This document shows, piece after piece, positions 1 through 13,801 of a DNA stretch of 64,000 bases. Source of the DNA: an uncultured Gammaproteobacteria bacterium (GTDB taxonomy: Bacteria > Pseudomonadota > Gammaproteobacteria > Xanthomonadales > Rhodanobacteraceae). Numbering within the stretch: the stretch's first letter is position 1; every line of letters starts with the position of its first letter. The notes below the pieces were generated by a model. It was not told the origin of the DNA, did no database searches, and was given only the letters and a program-made list of their open reading frames with translations. A program made the translations under genes and the position numbers. The DNA is taken from the NCBI GenBank assembly GCA_963701115.1, contig OY969566.1:2598097-2662096 (forward strand), given 5' to 3'.

Positions 1-606
1 ATGGGTGAGGAACTGGCACCGCACAATCCGCTCTTCAGCGATCAGGATTCGATCGTGGACGACTATCCCCGGAACGATGGATCGGAGCCGTACCGGTTCG
101 ACGAGCCCGATTCCGGCGAGTCGGCTGATTTCCCGGACTATCCGGATTTTGCCGACGAAAACGAAGAGAAGCCCGGCGAAGCTCCGGAAAACTTCGAGAC
201 CGCAAGCATGCCGGCGTTCGACGCGTCCGACTTCGACCTTGGTGATACGCAGCCGCCGGCTCCGGCTCCGGCGTCAAGCCCGGATACTTCGTTCAGCTTC
301 GATCTGCCCCCGCTTGAAGAACTGCCGTCGGCAAGCGTCAGCAAACCCGAAGAGTCATTTGAACCAACGCCATTGCCGGATTTCGACATGCCGGATACCT
401 CGACGCACGAGGTGCCTGCTGCCGAAGTCAGCGACGACGAGTTCTTCGCTGGCGAAGATGCCATCGGCACCAAGCTCGACCTGGCCAAGGCCTATCTCGA
501 CATGGGCGATCCGGATGGAGCGCGCTCGATGCTCGAGGAAGTGCTTGCCGAGGGCGCGCCGGCCCAGCAGGATGAAGCACGCAAGCTGATTGCCGAAATC
601 GGCTGA
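1..606 (+). CDS. fimV: FimV/HubP polar landmark protein, C-terminal part (5' end lies outside the window)
   Basis: Acidic Pro-rich linker, then the FimV C-terminal motif [25 protein letters not shown]; lies upstream of truA as usual. Confidence 0.85.
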   Translation: MGEELAPHNPLFSDQDSIVDDYPRNDGSEPYRFDEPDSGESADFPDYPDFADENEEKPGEAPENFETASMPAFDASDFDLGDTQPPAPAPASSPDTSFSFDLPPLEELPSASVSKPEESFEPTPLPDFDMPDTSTHEVPAAEVSDDEFFAGEDAIGTKLDLAKAYLDMGDPDGARSMLEEVLAEGAPAQQDEARKLIAEIG

Positions 607-628
607 TCTGCAGCATCATCGCCAATCT

Positions 629-660
629 GAGGCCGGGATTTTCCCGGCCTCTTTGGTTTT
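629..660 (+). terminator. Rho-independent terminator after fimV
   Basis: Stem gaggccggga/tcccggcctc followed by tttggtttt. Confidence 0.7.
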
Positions 661-721
661 GGGGTTGCGTACTCGCGCCCGCCCTATAATCGCAGGTTCA
701 ATTTCGGCCAGGGAGTCCCAG

Positions 722-1489
722 GTGCGCATCGCACTCGGCATCGAATACGACGGTACGGACTTCCTCGGCTGGCAACGGCTTTCGCATGGCTCAACGGTGC
801 AAGGTGTGGTCGAGGAGGCGCTTTCCTTCGTCGCCGATCATGCGGTGGCCGTGACCTGCGCCGGGCGCACCGACTCCGGCGTGCATGCGCGTTGCCAGGT
901 CGCCCACTTCGACAGCGAGGCCGTGCGCAGCGAGCGTAGCTGGTTGCTTGGCGCCAATTCGCGGCTGCCATCGACGGTCGCAGTGCGTTGGGCGGTGCAC
1001 ACCAACGACGCATTCCACGCGCGCTATGGCGCCTTGGGACGTCGCTACCGCTACTCGATCCTCAATCGCGCCGCCCGACCTGCGCTCGATGCGCGCTATG
1101 TGGCCTGGGAACGGCAGCCGCTCGATGCCGATGCAATGCAGCGCGCGAGTCAGGCCCTGATCGGCGAGAACGATTTCACTGCGTTTCGCACGGTCGCCTG
1201 CCAGGCGCGCACGCCGTTCCGAAACATCCGCTCGATCCGCGTGGTGCGGGCCGATGATCGGATCGTGATCGACATCGAGGCCAATGCCTTCCTGCATCAC
1301 ATGGTGCGCAATATCGTCGGTTCGCTGCTTCCGGTCGGACGCGGTGAACGTCCCGAAGAATGGATCGGAGAATTGCTGGCCGGACGCGATCGCAGTCTGG
1401 CCGGGCCGACCGCTTCGGCCTCGGGACTTTGTTTTGTCTCGCCGATCTATCCACCCGCATCCGGACTGCCGGCCGAGGTTGCTCGATGA
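722..1489 (+). CDS. truA: tRNA pseudouridine(38-40) synthase
   Basis: [10 protein letters not shown] at the start (GTG at 722), catalytic [25 protein letters not shown]. Confidence 0.95.
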   Translation: MRIALGIEYDGTDFLGWQRLSHGSTVQGVVEEALSFVADHAVAVTCAGRTDSGVHARCQVAHFDSEAVRSERSWLLGANSRLPSTVAVRWAVHTNDAFHARYGALGRRYRYSILNRAARPALDARYVAWERQPLDADAMQRASQALIGENDFTAFRTVACQARTPFRNIRSIRVVRADDRIVIDIEANAFLHHMVRNIVGSLLPVGRGERPEEWIGELLAGRDRSLAGPTASASGLCFVSPIYPPASGLPAEVAR

Positions 1490-2112
1490 ATCGCGTGCGT
1501 ACCAAGTTCTGCGGAATCACCCGCGCCGAAGATGCACGATTTGCCGCAGCGATCGGCGTCGATGCGCTCGGCTTCGTGTTCACACGGCAGAGCCGACGCT
1601 TCGTTGAAGCCAGGATTGCGGCTCAAATCATCCGCGATCTGCCGCCGTTCGTGACCGTGGTGGCCTTGTTCATGGACGATGAGCCGGCCTGGATCCGGCA
1701 GATGATTTCGAGCGTGCGTCCGCACGTCCTGCAGTTTCACGGCAGTGAGGGCGTCGCTGATTGCGCCAACCACGGATTGCCATATCTGAAGGCAGTAGCG
1801 ATGGCGACGGTCATGGATGTGGCAAGCTATGCGGCGCGGTTTCCGGGTGCCGCGGGTTTTCTCCTCGACGCGCATGCCAGTGGCGAACCAGGAGGCCAGG
1901 GCGCGCGTTTTGATTGGTCGAAGCGGCCGCAGCTCGATCGTCCGCTGATACTTGCCGGCGGTCTCGATGCGGACAATGTCGGCGAAGCGATCCGGCGCAT
2001 TCGGCCGTTTGCGGTCGATGTTTCGAGCGGCATCGAGTCGGCACCCGGGATCAAGGATGCAACGCGCATGCAGGCCTTCATCGATGCAGTGCGCGGTACC
2101 GAAAATGAATGA
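1486..2112 (+). CDS. trpF: Phosphoribosylanthranilate isomerase
   Basis: [24 protein letters not shown]; ATGA overlap with truA. Confidence 0.95.
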   Translation: MNRVRTKFCGITRAEDARFAAAIGVDALGFVFTRQSRRFVEARIAAQIIRDLPPFVTVVALFMDDEPAWIRQMISSVRPHVLQFHGSEGVADCANHGLPYLKAVAMATVMDVASYAARFPGAAGFLLDAHASGEPGGQGARFDWSKRPQLDRPLILAGGLDADNVGEAIRRIRPFAVDVSSGIESAPGIKDATRMQAFIDAVRGTENE

Positions 2113-3346
2113 GCAAGCAACGAGCATGAGCAAACCGATATCCGTCAGCGACTTCCACGCCTATCCCGATGCGCACGGGCGCTTCGCCGATTACGGCGGC
2201 ATCTTCATGCCGGAAACCCTGATGCCGCCGCTGGAGGAATTGACCGCGGCCTATCTGGCCATGCGTGAGGATCCCGCGTTCATCGCGGAGTTCGAGCGCG
2301 ATCTCAAGTATTACGTCGGTCGTCCCTCGCCGATCTATCACGCCGAGCGCCTGTCGAAGAAAATCGGCGGTGCGCAGATCCTGCTCAAGCGCGAGGATCT
2401 GAATCATACCGGCGCGCACAAGATCAACAACACCATCGGCCAGGCCCTGGTCGCACGGCGCATGGGCAAGCGCCGCATCATTGCCGAGACCGGTGCCGGC
2501 CAGCACGGCGTAGCCACGGCCACGGTATGCGCGCGGTTCGGTCTCGAATGCATCGTCTACATGGGTGCGGTCGACATCGAGCGGCAGAAGATCAATGTCT
2601 ATCGCATGAAACTGCTTGGCGCCAAGGTGGTGCCGGTCGTATCCGGTTCGAAGACGCTCAAGGATGCGCTCAACGAGGCGATGCGCGATTGGGTGACCAA
2701 TGTCGCCGACACCTTTTACATCATCGGCACGGTTGCTGGGCCGCATCCGTATCCGATGATGGTGCGTGATTTCAATGCCGTCGTCGGTCGCGAAGCGCGC
2801 GCGCAGATGCTTGAGCAATATGGGCGTCTGCCCGATGTGCTGACCGCCTGCGTCGGTGGTGGCTCGAATGCAATCGGTTTGTTCCACGCGTTTCTCAATG
2901 ACCGTGAAGTTGCCATGGTCGGCGCGGAAGCAGCCGGTGACGGTATTGAGAGCGGTCGCCATGCGGCCTCGCTCAGCGCGGGACGCCCCGGTGTCCTGCA
3001 CGGCAATCGTACCTATGTGATCTGCGACGACAACGGCCAGATCACCGAAACCCATTCGATCTCGGCCGGGCTCGACTATCCCGGCGTCGGCCCCGAGCAT
3101 GCCTTTCTCAAGGACAGCGGTCGCGCGCGCTATGTCGGCATCACCGATGACGAGGCGCTTGCTGCGTTCCACGAACTGGCGCGCACCGAGGGCATCCTCG
3201 CCGCGCTCGAATCGAGTCATGCCGTGGCTCAGGCGATCAAACTCGCCCGCGAGCTGCCGAAGGATCAGTTGATCCTGTGCAATCTGTCCGGGCGCGGTGA
3301 CAAGGATGTGCACACAATCGCGGCACGCGAGGGCATCGAGCTGTGA
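2105..3346 (+). CDS. trpB: Tryptophan synthase beta chain
   Basis: PLP-lysine motif [36 protein letters not shown]; start may be 2105 or 2126. Confidence 0.97.
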   Translation: MNEQATSMSKPISVSDFHAYPDAHGRFADYGGIFMPETLMPPLEELTAAYLAMREDPAFIAEFERDLKYYVGRPSPIYHAERLSKKIGGAQILLKREDLNHTGAHKINNTIGQALVARRMGKRRIIAETGAGQHGVATATVCARFGLECIVYMGAVDIERQKINVYRMKLLGAKVVPVVSGSKTLKDALNEAMRDWVTNVADTFYIIGTVAGPHPYPMMVRDFNAVVGREARAQMLEQYGRLPDVLTACVGGGSNAIGLFHAFLNDREVAMVGAEAAGDGIESGRHAASLSAGRPGVLHGNRTYVICDDNGQITETHSISAGLDYPGVGPEHAFLKDSGRARYVGITDDEALAAFHELARTEGILAALESSHAVAQAIKLARELPKDQLILCNLSGRGDKDVHTIAAREGIEL

Positions 3347-4155
3347 GTCATCGCATCGAGCAAAGATTCAGTGATCTGAAAAAAGCCGGGCGCAAAGGCC
3401 TGATTCCATTCATCACTGCCGGTGATCCCTTGCCTGACGCCATGGTCGCGGTCATGCATGCCCTGGTCGCCGCCGGTGCCGATCTGATCGAACTTGGCGT
3501 GCCGTATTCTGATCCGGTCGCCGATGGGCCGACCATCCAGCATTCAAGCGAGCGTGCTATCGCCAAGGGTGTCGGTATCCGGCAAATTCTCGGCTGGGTC
3601 GGCGAATTCCGCCAGACCGATTCGACCACGCCAATCGTACTGATGGGCTATCTGAATCCGATCGAGATTTTCGGTTACCCGGAATTTTCCGAGCAGGCGA
3701 GTGCGGCCGGCGTCGACGGTGTGCTGATTGTCGATGTGCCGGTCGAGGAAGCCGACACGGTCAACCTGTTGCGCGAAAAGGGCCTGCGTGAAATTTTCCT
3801 TGTCGCGCCGACGACAACCGACCGCCGCCTCGCCGCGATTCGCGCGCGGGCCGAAGGTTTCATCTACTACGTTTCGTTTGCCGGCATCACCGGCGCCAGC
3901 CAACTCGATACAGCCGCCGTGCGTACGCGGGTCGAGCACATCAAGCAAGGCGGCTCGATTCCGGTTGCGGTCGGCTTTGGTGTGCGTGATGCGGCCAGCG
4001 CGGTCAAGGTGGCCGAGAGTGCCGATGCCGTTGTCATCGGCAGTGCCCTCGTCGCGCTGCTCGCCGAAGCGGCTGACCGTGATGCGGCGCTGGCAGCGGC
4101 ACATGCATTCCTTGCGCCGATACGGGCGGCGCTCGATCTGTCCGTTCGACGATAA
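3343..4155 (+). CDS. trpA: Tryptophan synthase alpha chain
   Basis: [31 protein letters not shown]; GTGA overlap with trpB. Confidence 0.97.
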   Translation: MSHRIEQRFSDLKKAGRKGLIPFITAGDPLPDAMVAVMHALVAAGADLIELGVPYSDPVADGPTIQHSSERAIAKGVGIRQILGWVGEFRQTDSTTPIVLMGYLNPIEIFGYPEFSEQASAAGVDGVLIVDVPVEEADTVNLLREKGLREIFLVAPTTTDRRLAAIRARAEGFIYYVSFAGITGASQLDTAAVRTRVEHIKQGGSIPVAVGFGVRDAASAVKVAESADAVVIGSALVALLAEAADRDAALAAAHAFLAPIRAALDLSVRR

Positions 4156-4230
4156 AGACATCCTCAAACATCGACCACGCAACGATCCCTTCATCGATCG
4201 AATGCGTGCGGAAAGCGGAGACAAGACGAC

Positions 4231-5094
4231 ATGAACTGGTTGCAGAAATTGATGGCCCCACGCATTCGAACCATCGGCACGGGCAAGGGCAAGGTTCCCG
4301 AAGGCCTGTGGGAAAAATGCGACGGCTGCGGCGCCGTGCTTTATGGCCCCGAGCTTGAGAACAACCTGATGGTCTGCCCGCAGTGCAGCCATCACCACAA
4401 GATTCGCGCGCGCAAGCGCCTGCTCGCCTTGTTCGATGCCGGCAGCAGCGAGGAAGTGTTCGGCAATCTTGAACCGCTCGATCCGCTCAAGTTTCGCGAT
4501 ACGAAGAAGTACAAGGATCGTATCGTCGCCTCACAGAAATCGACCGGCGAGAAAGATGCCCTGGTCGCCATGCAAGGCAAGATGAAGGGTCGGCCGCTGG
4601 TTGCATGCGCGTTTGATTTCGCCTTCATGGGCGGGTCGATGGGCTCGGTGGTTGGCGAGAAGTTCACGCGCTGCGCCGAGCTCGCCCTGGCCGAACGCAA
4701 GCCGATGGTCTGCTTCAGTGCGACCGGCGGCGCGCGCATGCAGGAAGGCCTGTTCTCGCTGATGCAGATGGCCAAGACAGCGGCGGCACTTGGGCGCCTG
4801 CGTGCGGCGGGCCTGCCGTTTATTTCAGTGCTGACCGATCCGACCACGGGCGGCGTCTCGGCCAGCTTCGCCATGCTTGGCGACATCATCATCGCCGAGC
4901 CAAAAGCACAGATCGGTTTTGCCGGCGCACGCGTGATCGAACAGACCGTGCGCGAATCGCTGCCGGAAGGTTTCCAGCGTTCCGAATTCCTGCTCGATCA
5001 CGGCGCCATCGACATGATCATCGACCGCCGAGCCATGCGCGACAAACTCGCTGACCTGTTCGCCCTGATGATGCGCCAGAGCAAGGCGGCTTGA
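4231..5094 (+). CDS. accD: Acetyl-CoA carboxylase carboxyltransferase beta subunit
   Basis: Zinc finger WEKCDGC...[35 protein letters not shown]. Confidence 0.97.
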   Translation: MNWLQKLMAPRIRTIGTGKGKVPEGLWEKCDGCGAVLYGPELENNLMVCPQCSHHHKIRARKRLLALFDAGSSEEVFGNLEPLDPLKFRDTKKYKDRIVASQKSTGEKDALVAMQGKMKGRPLVACAFDFAFMGGSMGSVVGEKFTRCAELALAERKPMVCFSATGGARMQEGLFSLMQMAKTAAALGRLRAAGLPFISVLTDPTTGGVSASFAMLGDIIIAEPKAQIGFAGARVIEQTVRESLPEGFQRSEFLLDHGAIDMIIDRRAMRDKLADLFALMMRQSKAA

Positions 5095-5113
5095 GCAAAG
5101 CCGGAAGCCCCTT

Positions 5114-5182
5114 GTAGGAGCCCGTTCACGGGCGAGCTTCTCGGTTCTGCAAGCAAGTGCTCGCCCGTGAACGGGCTCCTAC
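5114..5182. repeat. GTAG-type REP doublet (REPIN-like)
   Basis: gtaggagcccgttcacgggcgagc (5114-5137) and its exact reverse complement (5159-5182) between the convergent 3' ends of accD and rapA. Confidence 0.85.
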
Positions 5183-5194
5183 CGAAGCTCAGGC

Positions 5195-8038
<2,844 letters not shown>

Positions 8039-8161
8039 CAGAGTTCGGTGTTTTTCAGGAGGGTCGGCGATTATCCCCTGTCCGGCCGCAGGCATAAACA
8101 CGAATCGCAGGATTTGCCGCAATGGCTGCGACAAATTCGTGCGATTCGACGAAATTCCGAC

Positions 8162-9442
8162 TCAGGGCAGTTCAAATCCATCACTGAAAATGGAGTCGCC
8201 AGCGGAAGAGGCGACAAAGACGCCGGTTCCCCATTCGATTTGCGTATCGCCATCCGGGTGCAGGGCCGCGATGAACGCAATATCGCCAGCGTTGTTGATG
8301 GTGGGAGCGCCACTGAAGATCGGCCAGCCGTTCGGGTCGTCAATATGCTGGCCGATGCGGCCCGGGCCGAGATCGGTGGCCACGGCGTCTTCCTTGCCGA
8401 TGACCCGCACCAGAGTCGTGCCGTCGCCGACATAGATCGCCTGGCCGTCCGCATCCCTGGCACGGAACACGACGAGGCCGTTGTCGTTCATGGCCGGGGC
8501 GAACGATTCGATATCGCGGATCGTGCCGCTTGCCTGCACTCGCGCAATCTCGGTCGCATCGACGCCTGAACCGTTTGGCGTAAAGCGATAGATGGCGCGA
8601 ACCGCACCCGCGCTGAGGCGCAGCACGGCCGCGACCTGACCGGCATTGTTGCAGGCGAGGCCGTTGTCGAACCGGTCGTAGGGTGATCCAGGGTTGGTCG
8701 CCGAGTCGACTGCAAGTGTCGTGTAGCTTCCATCCGTGGCGAAGCTGCGGATTTCATTGTGATTGAAATCGCCGATGCTGACCTTGGATGCAATCCGGCG
8801 CTGCGCATTCATCGCTGGAGTGTAGATGTAGGCATACGGGCCGGCTTGGACATTGTTGTCGACGATATGCAGGACGGAACTGCCAGCACCGGTCGAGGCG
8901 AGTCCGGAACCCGAGCCCAGGCCGGCCCGGTAGCCGATCACGCCGGCATCATTGATGACCTGCCCATTGAATGACGTTGGCGTCAGCGGCAAGGTACTGA
9001 CAACAGTCGATTCTGACGTCTGCTCATCAAAGCGACGCAGCCGATACCCGCCGCCGTCCTCCCAGGTGTAATAGGCGATTTGTCCGCTGGTGTTGATGCT
9101 CACACGGTCGGAGATCCCATCGATTGGCACCTCATGCAAGGCGACAATCTGGCCAACCCCGTGCGCGCCGAACCACAAACCGACACCGGTATTCGACTGG
9201 TTGCCATCGATCGGCACGATCTGCACCGGAAACGCGATCTTGCCGGCGTCGTTGATGCTCGCCGATATGCTGTTGAACGACGAACCCGGCGGCAGATTCC
9301 AGCCATTGTCGTTGACCAGCAGGTTGCTGCGCGCCTGCAGCTCGAACTGCGTGTAGTCAGGTATGTCGGCAAAGGCCCTGCCGCATCCGACGATCGCCGC
9401 CAACAGGGACAATTTCGATACGGCGAAACGGCACATGCACAT
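8162..9442 (-). CDS. Secreted NxxGxxAF-repeat (probable 7-bladed beta-propeller) protein with C-terminal IFxDGFE motif
   Basis: Signal-peptide-like N-terminus; seven repeats INDAGKIAF, INTSGQIAY, INDAGVIGY, MNAQRRIAS, NNAGQVAA, MNDNGLVVF, INNAGDIAF; ends GDSIFSDGFELP. Confidence 0.7.
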   Translation of the reverse strand: MCMCRFAVSKLSLLAAIVGCGRAFADIPDYTQFELQARSNLLVNDNGWNLPPGSSFNSISASINDAGKIAFPVQIVPIDGNQSNTGVGLWFGAHGVGQIVALHEVPIDGISDRVSINTSGQIAYYTWEDGGGYRLRRFDEQTSESTVVSTLPLTPTSFNGQVINDAGVIGYRAGLGSGSGLASTGAGSSVLHIVDNNVQAGPYAYIYTPAMNAQRRIASKVSIGDFNHNEIRSFATDGSYTTLAVDSATNPGSPYDRFDNGLACNNAGQVAAVLRLSAGAVRAIYRFTPNGSGVDATEIARVQASGTIRDIESFAPAMNDNGLVVFRARDADGQAIYVGDGTTLVRVIGKEDAVATDLGPGRIGQHIDDPNGWPIFSGAPTINNAGDIAFIAALHPDGDTQIEWGTGVFVASSAGDSIFSDGFELP

Positions 9443-9583
9443 GATCCCCTGGCGGTTCGTTCAAGCTGCTCACATGCCTATGCATTCAACCAGTAGTGCA
9501 GGCGAGGGTTCTAATATCCCGGATCTTCTAAGGATCATCGCTCACGATGGGCGTCGAATCCACGCACAAGTTCGCAACCGCGG

Positions 9584-10549
9584 TTAGCCGCCAATCCTGC
9601 GATCAAGCCATTCGATGATTTCCTGTTGCACGGCTTCATGAGCCAGTTCGAGGCTTTGCACGCAGACGAAGGCAGCCCTGCTATCGGAATCCGCTTTGGC
9701 AATCTTGCGGTGAACGCGAGCGGGCAGTTGTTCACTGGGCTTGAGCTGTACGACGTGCAGGCTGTTGTCGACGATGGCGCCGTCATGCAGGAATTCGAGA
9801 TGGGTGGCGACTGCTTCGGTCTTGAATTGTTCATTCGAGCGCAGCCTGTGGCTGCAGTTGCTGGCGAGCAGATCGGGGTGCTCGGCGAAGAAGACCTGCA
9901 GGGTTGAACGACGCATCGGGTACGGGTTGTGGAAGAGCCGGTAGTAGCGGTCCTCGAAGCCGGCGATTCGCGCGCTGAGTTGCTGCGATTCGAGATTGCC
10001 GACCTTTGCTTCGCGCGATCCGCGCAATCGCTTCAAGCGATTCAGCAGGCGGCTGCCCCAGGTTGATCCGGATTGCATTTTCCAGAGTCCACGCTGGACG
10101 ACCTTGCCGTCGCAAAAAAAATCCTCGGGTTTCACATCACGCAAAAGGAACATGTCGTCGTTGAAGTAGACGAAGTTCTCGGCGAGGCCCTCGATGCGCC
10201 AGAGCATCGTGATGATCGAGCGACTGTTGAAGGTGGGCAGGTGCTGTTCGAAACCTGCGAAGATCTCGCGATGGTCGACGATATTGAAGCGGTCGGAATA
10301 TTCGCCATCGCGCAGGCGTTCGAGGATTGCGGGAACCTGTCCATCAACCACGATATGAATCTTGCGAAACCATGGTGCGAATCGCAGGATCGAGCGGATG
10401 CACCAGTCAATCTCGCCTGCATCGTTGAAGCGCGTGCGATCAGCAGAGGGCGGACGTGCCTTGTCCGTTCTGGCGAGCCAGGCATCGAGCTTGGCTTGGT
10501 GCGCAGGATCGGCACCATCGACCCAGGTGATGACGGCGTCGATGCTCAT
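9584..10549 (-). CDS. Stealth-family hexose-1-phosphate transferase
   Basis: CR1 IDAVITWVDG; CR2 EIDWCIRSILRFAPW...PTFNS...ENFVYFNDDMF; CR3-like HNPYP. Confidence 0.85.
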   Translation of the reverse strand: MSIDAVITWVDGADPAHQAKLDAWLARTDKARPPSADRTRFNDAGEIDWCIRSILRFAPWFRKIHIVVDGQVPAILERLRDGEYSDRFNIVDHREIFAGFEQHLPTFNSRSIITMLWRIEGLAENFVYFNDDMFLLRDVKPEDFFCDGKVVQRGLWKMQSGSTWGSRLLNRLKRLRGSREAKVGNLESQQLSARIAGFEDRYYRLFHNPYPMRRSTLQVFFAEHPDLLASNCSHRLRSNEQFKTEAVATHLEFLHDGAIVDNSLHVVQLKPSEQLPARVHRKIAKADSDSRAAFVCVQSLELAHEAVQQEIIEWLDRRIGG

Positions 10550-10661
10550 CGAAGTGAGGTCGCCTTCAGGGCGGTCGCATTGGGGATCAAGACTTGCGAC
10601 TCCTGCAATAAACCCGATGGACGCTGGTCGAGGTCAGGCAGGCGGGCGCCGCATGGATCCT

Positions 10662-10703
10662 CGCTTGCGACCCGCCCCGGAACTGCGGCACGGGTCGCAA
10701 GCG
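10662..10703. terminator. Hairpin downstream of the M13 peptidase (possible terminator or stabiliser)
   Basis: cgcttgcgacccg / cgggtcgcaagcg 13-bp inverted repeat; the T tract follows on the + strand only. Confidence 0.4.
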
Positions 10704-10708
10704 GATTT

Positions 10709-12799
10709 TTACCAGATTTTCACCTGACTGTCGCCGTCACGCACCATGGCGTCGCCGCTCTTGCAGTCGAATGCCTTGGCGAACGCCGGCAGGTTCGATG
10801 GGGCGCCGATCGCGCGGTACGTGGTCGGTGAGTGCGGGTCGGTGTTGAGCAGGACTTCGAGGCGCTTCTCGCGGGTGTTGCCACGCCAGATGCGTGCCCA
10901 GTTGAGGAAGAAACGCTGATCCTCGGTGTAGCCGTCGATCTTTTTGCCGGCTTCGGCGGGGTTCTTCTTGAGCGCAACCTGCAAGGCGTCGTAGGCGATC
11001 GCGAGGCCACCGAGATCGGCGATGTTCTCGCCGAGCGTGAGCTGGCCATTGATGTGCTTGCCCGGCAACGGCTCGTAGCCGTTGAACTGCTCGACCAGTT
11101 TTGCCGTGCGTGCCTCGAAGGCCTTCTTGTCTTCGTCGGACCACCAGTTGGTGTTGTTGCCCTGGGCATCGAACTGGCTGCCCTGATCATCGAAACCGTG
11201 GCTGGCTTCGTGGCCGATCACGCCACCGATGCCGCCGTAGTTGATCGCATCATCGGCCTTGGCATCGAAGAACGGCGGCTGCAGGATCGCGGCCGGGAAG
11301 TTGATCGTGTTGTCGGTCGGGTTGTAGTAGGCGTTGACCGTCTGCGGGGTCATGCCCCAATCCTTGCGGTCGGTCGGCTTGCCGATCTTGGCGATGTCGT
11401 AGTCGTAGTTGAACTGCGTGGCCGCGGCGACATCGGCGAAGTAGCTTTCGCCGCTCAGGGCCAGGCCCGACCAGTCGCGCCACTTTTCCGGATAGCCGAT
11501 CTTGGGCAGGAAGGTCGACCATTTTTCGAGCGCCTTGGCCTTGGTCGTGTCGCTCATCCAGTCGAGTTTCTCGATGCGCGCCTTGAGGGCGGCCTGCATG
11601 TTGTCAACCAGTTCCTGGGCGCGAGCCTTGGATTCCGGCGGAAAAGCCTTGGCCACGTAGAGTTCGCCAAGCGCCATGCCGAGCTGACTATTGACCGTGC
11701 CGAGTACGCGCTTCCAGCGCGGCTCGTCTTCCTTCTGGCCATTCAGGGTCTGCTTGTGGAAGGCAAAGCTTTCCTGCTGGAACGGTGTCGACAGATACGG
11801 TGAGGCACCATCGGCGTACTGGTAGCGTAGATACGCCTGCCAGTCGGCGACCGCTGTCTTGGTCAGCATCTTGTCGACTTCGGCGAAGAACTTCGGCTGC
11901 GACAGCGAGAAGCCGTCGGTCACATCAGCCTTCTGCGCGCTGAAAAACGCATTCCAGTCGAAATTCGGCGTGATCTTGTCGGCCTCGGCGAGGGTGACGA
12001 AGTGGTACTGGTTTTCCGGAACGCGCAGTTCGACCGGAGCCAGCGAGGCCTTGGCCAGTTGCGTCTCGAATGCGAGCACGGCGGAGGCCTGCTTTTTCGC
12101 AGCGGTGGCGTCGACGCCGATCAGTTCGAGCACCTTGGCGATGTGCGCGACATAGGCATCACGCAGCTCGGCGTGTTCGGGCTTGTCGTAATAGTCGCGC
12201 GTCGGCAGGCCGAGTCCGCCCTGGAAGGCATAGCCGATCTTGCGGCTGGAATCCTTGAAATCCGCTTCCGCGCCGAAAGCGAACAGGCTGCCCTGGCCGC
12301 GCGAGAAACTGTCGTTCAGATAGGCGACGATGTCCTTGCTCGACTTGATCGCATCGATCCTGGCCAGCTCCGGCTTGATCGGTTCGTAGCCCAGTGCGTC
12401 GATGGCGGCCTCGTCCATGCCGGCCTTGTACAGCGTGCCGATACTCTGCTCGATTGAGCCGGCTGCGGAGTTCGACTTGGCCGCGTCCTCGACGATCTCG
12501 TGCTGGGTATTCAGGCTGGTTTCGCGCAACTGGTCGAACGCGCCCCAGCGTGTCTTGTCATCCGGGATCGGATTGGCGGCAATCCACTTGCTGTTGACGT
12601 AGCCGTTGAAATCGGCGCAGGCATTGATGCCGGTGTCGATCTCGCTGGTGTCGAACGCGACATGCTTCGGCGTTTCGACAGCGGCGGCTGGTGCATCTTG
12701 CGCGCCTGCATCGGTTGCGGCTTCCTTCTGCCCGCAAGCGCTCAGCGCGAGCGAGATGCCGAGGGCGATGGCCAGCGGTTTCAGCGAATCGATCTTCAT
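10709..12799 (-). CDS. M13 (neprilysin/PepO-like) metallopeptidase, predicted lipoprotein
   Basis: Lipobox LALSAC; VNAYY, GHEASHGFDD (HExxH), GENIAD; start at MKIDSL. Confidence 0.93.
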   Translation of the reverse strand: MKIDSLKPLAIALGISLALSACGQKEAATDAGAQDAPAAAVETPKHVAFDTSEIDTGINACADFNGYVNSKWIAANPIPDDKTRWGAFDQLRETSLNTQHEIVEDAAKSNSAAGSIEQSIGTLYKAGMDEAAIDALGYEPIKPELARIDAIKSSKDIVAYLNDSFSRGQGSLFAFGAEADFKDSSRKIGYAFQGGLGLPTRDYYDKPEHAELRDAYVAHIAKVLELIGVDATAAKKQASAVLAFETQLAKASLAPVELRVPENQYHFVTLAEADKITPNFDWNAFFSAQKADVTDGFSLSQPKFFAEVDKMLTKTAVADWQAYLRYQYADGASPYLSTPFQQESFAFHKQTLNGQKEDEPRWKRVLGTVNSQLGMALGELYVAKAFPPESKARAQELVDNMQAALKARIEKLDWMSDTTKAKALEKWSTFLPKIGYPEKWRDWSGLALSGESYFADVAAATQFNYDYDIAKIGKPTDRKDWGMTPQTVNAYYNPTDNTINFPAAILQPPFFDAKADDAINYGGIGGVIGHEASHGFDDQGSQFDAQGNNTNWWSDEDKKAFEARTAKLVEQFNGYEPLPGKHINGQLTLGENIADLGGLAIAYDALQVALKKNPAEAGKKIDGYTEDQRFFLNWARIWRGNTREKRLEVLLNTDPHSPTTYRAIGAPSNLPAFAKAFDCKSGDAMVRDGDSQVKIW

Positions 12800-12938
12800 G
12801 TGAACTCCTGTCGGGAAATGGGTGCGGGACGCGTGCCGCAGCGCAGGCAATGCGCATCACCAACGGGAGGAATACCCCCGCCAGCGCGTCCGATTCGAGG
12901 TGTCAGCCGACAATGGTAGGCAAACTGAATGAATCTTG

Positions 12939-13619
12939 TCAGTGTCGAAGGTCATTGCCACCCGGACTGTTCCACTTCGCAGTGAAAGGCAGGGTGTCGG
13001 CGCCGACCGCACCGGCCGATAGCAGGAAGGCCATGGCCTGGTCGACGCTCCAGTCGGTCGCGGTCAATTGCTCGACCGGGATGATTTCAAGATAGCCGCC
13101 GGTCGGATTCGGTGTCGTCGGCACATAGACCGCAGCGAGGTCGCGGCCACCGGCATCCCGGAACACGCGCGTGACGAAGCCGATCGATTTCATTTCCGGT
13201 GAGGGAAAGTTGATCAGCACGACACGCTGAGTGCCGCTCGGCTTGTTCTGCAGGACCGACATCAGTTTTTTCGTGCCGCCATAGATCGAATGCACGATCG
13301 GAATGCGCTGGATCAGGTTTTCCATGCCATCGATCAGGCGTCGGCCAATCACGAAGTTGGCGGCGAAACCGACCAGGTAAAGCGAGATGACGGTAATCAC
13401 GAACGCAAGCAGTGAGATCAGCCACGGCTGGCCGAGCAGCTCGCCGGTCGCGGGCCAGGTGCCGCCAAGTGCCGAGATGAGTCCGGCCACCAGTGGCGCG
13501 CTGACTTCCGAGAGCAGGCCGAAGACGAACTTGAACACCATCCAGGTCAGCCACAGCGGCACAAAGGTGAGCAGGCCGGTGATCAGGTAGCGCTTGATGT
13601 AGAGCTGGCGTTTGGCCAT
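12939..13619 (-). CDS. DUF502 family membrane protein
   Basis: RYLITGLLTFVPLWLT, RIPIVHSIY, VYVPTTPNPTGGYL; start at MAKRQLY. Confidence 0.85.
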   Translation of the reverse strand: MAKRQLYIKRYLITGLLTFVPLWLTWMVFKFVFGLLSEVSAPLVAGLISALGGTWPATGELLGQPWLISLLAFVITVISLYLVGFAANFVIGRRLIDGMENLIQRIPIVHSIYGGTKKLMSVLQNKPSGTQRVVLINFPSPEMKSIGFVTRVFRDAGGRDLAAVYVPTTPNPTGGYLEIIPVEQLTATDWSVDQAMAFLLSAGAVGADTLPFTAKWNSPGGNDLRH

Positions 13620-13801
13620 GTCGGTTCCACATTCCGGAGCTTGATTATCGCGCCTAACAGGTGAGGCGGCCAGAACACCTCTGCGTATCTGATGCGGGCG
13701 GAGATTCGGGCATATGCAGGATGGCCGGACATGGCGCCCGCCGGCGACTCGTGGCAGTCTGCCCGCAACGAATGAATGTCGATTCTGGGGGACAGTCAGC
13801 C

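Noticed and set aside
1-420. Low-complexity D/E/P-rich sequence as a novel repeat protein
   Set aside because: This is the usual acidic linker of FimV.
665-690. truA promoter from the perfect TATAAT at 685-690
   Set aside because: The best -35 (TTGCGT) is only 14 bp away, so it is not reported as a feature without TSS data.
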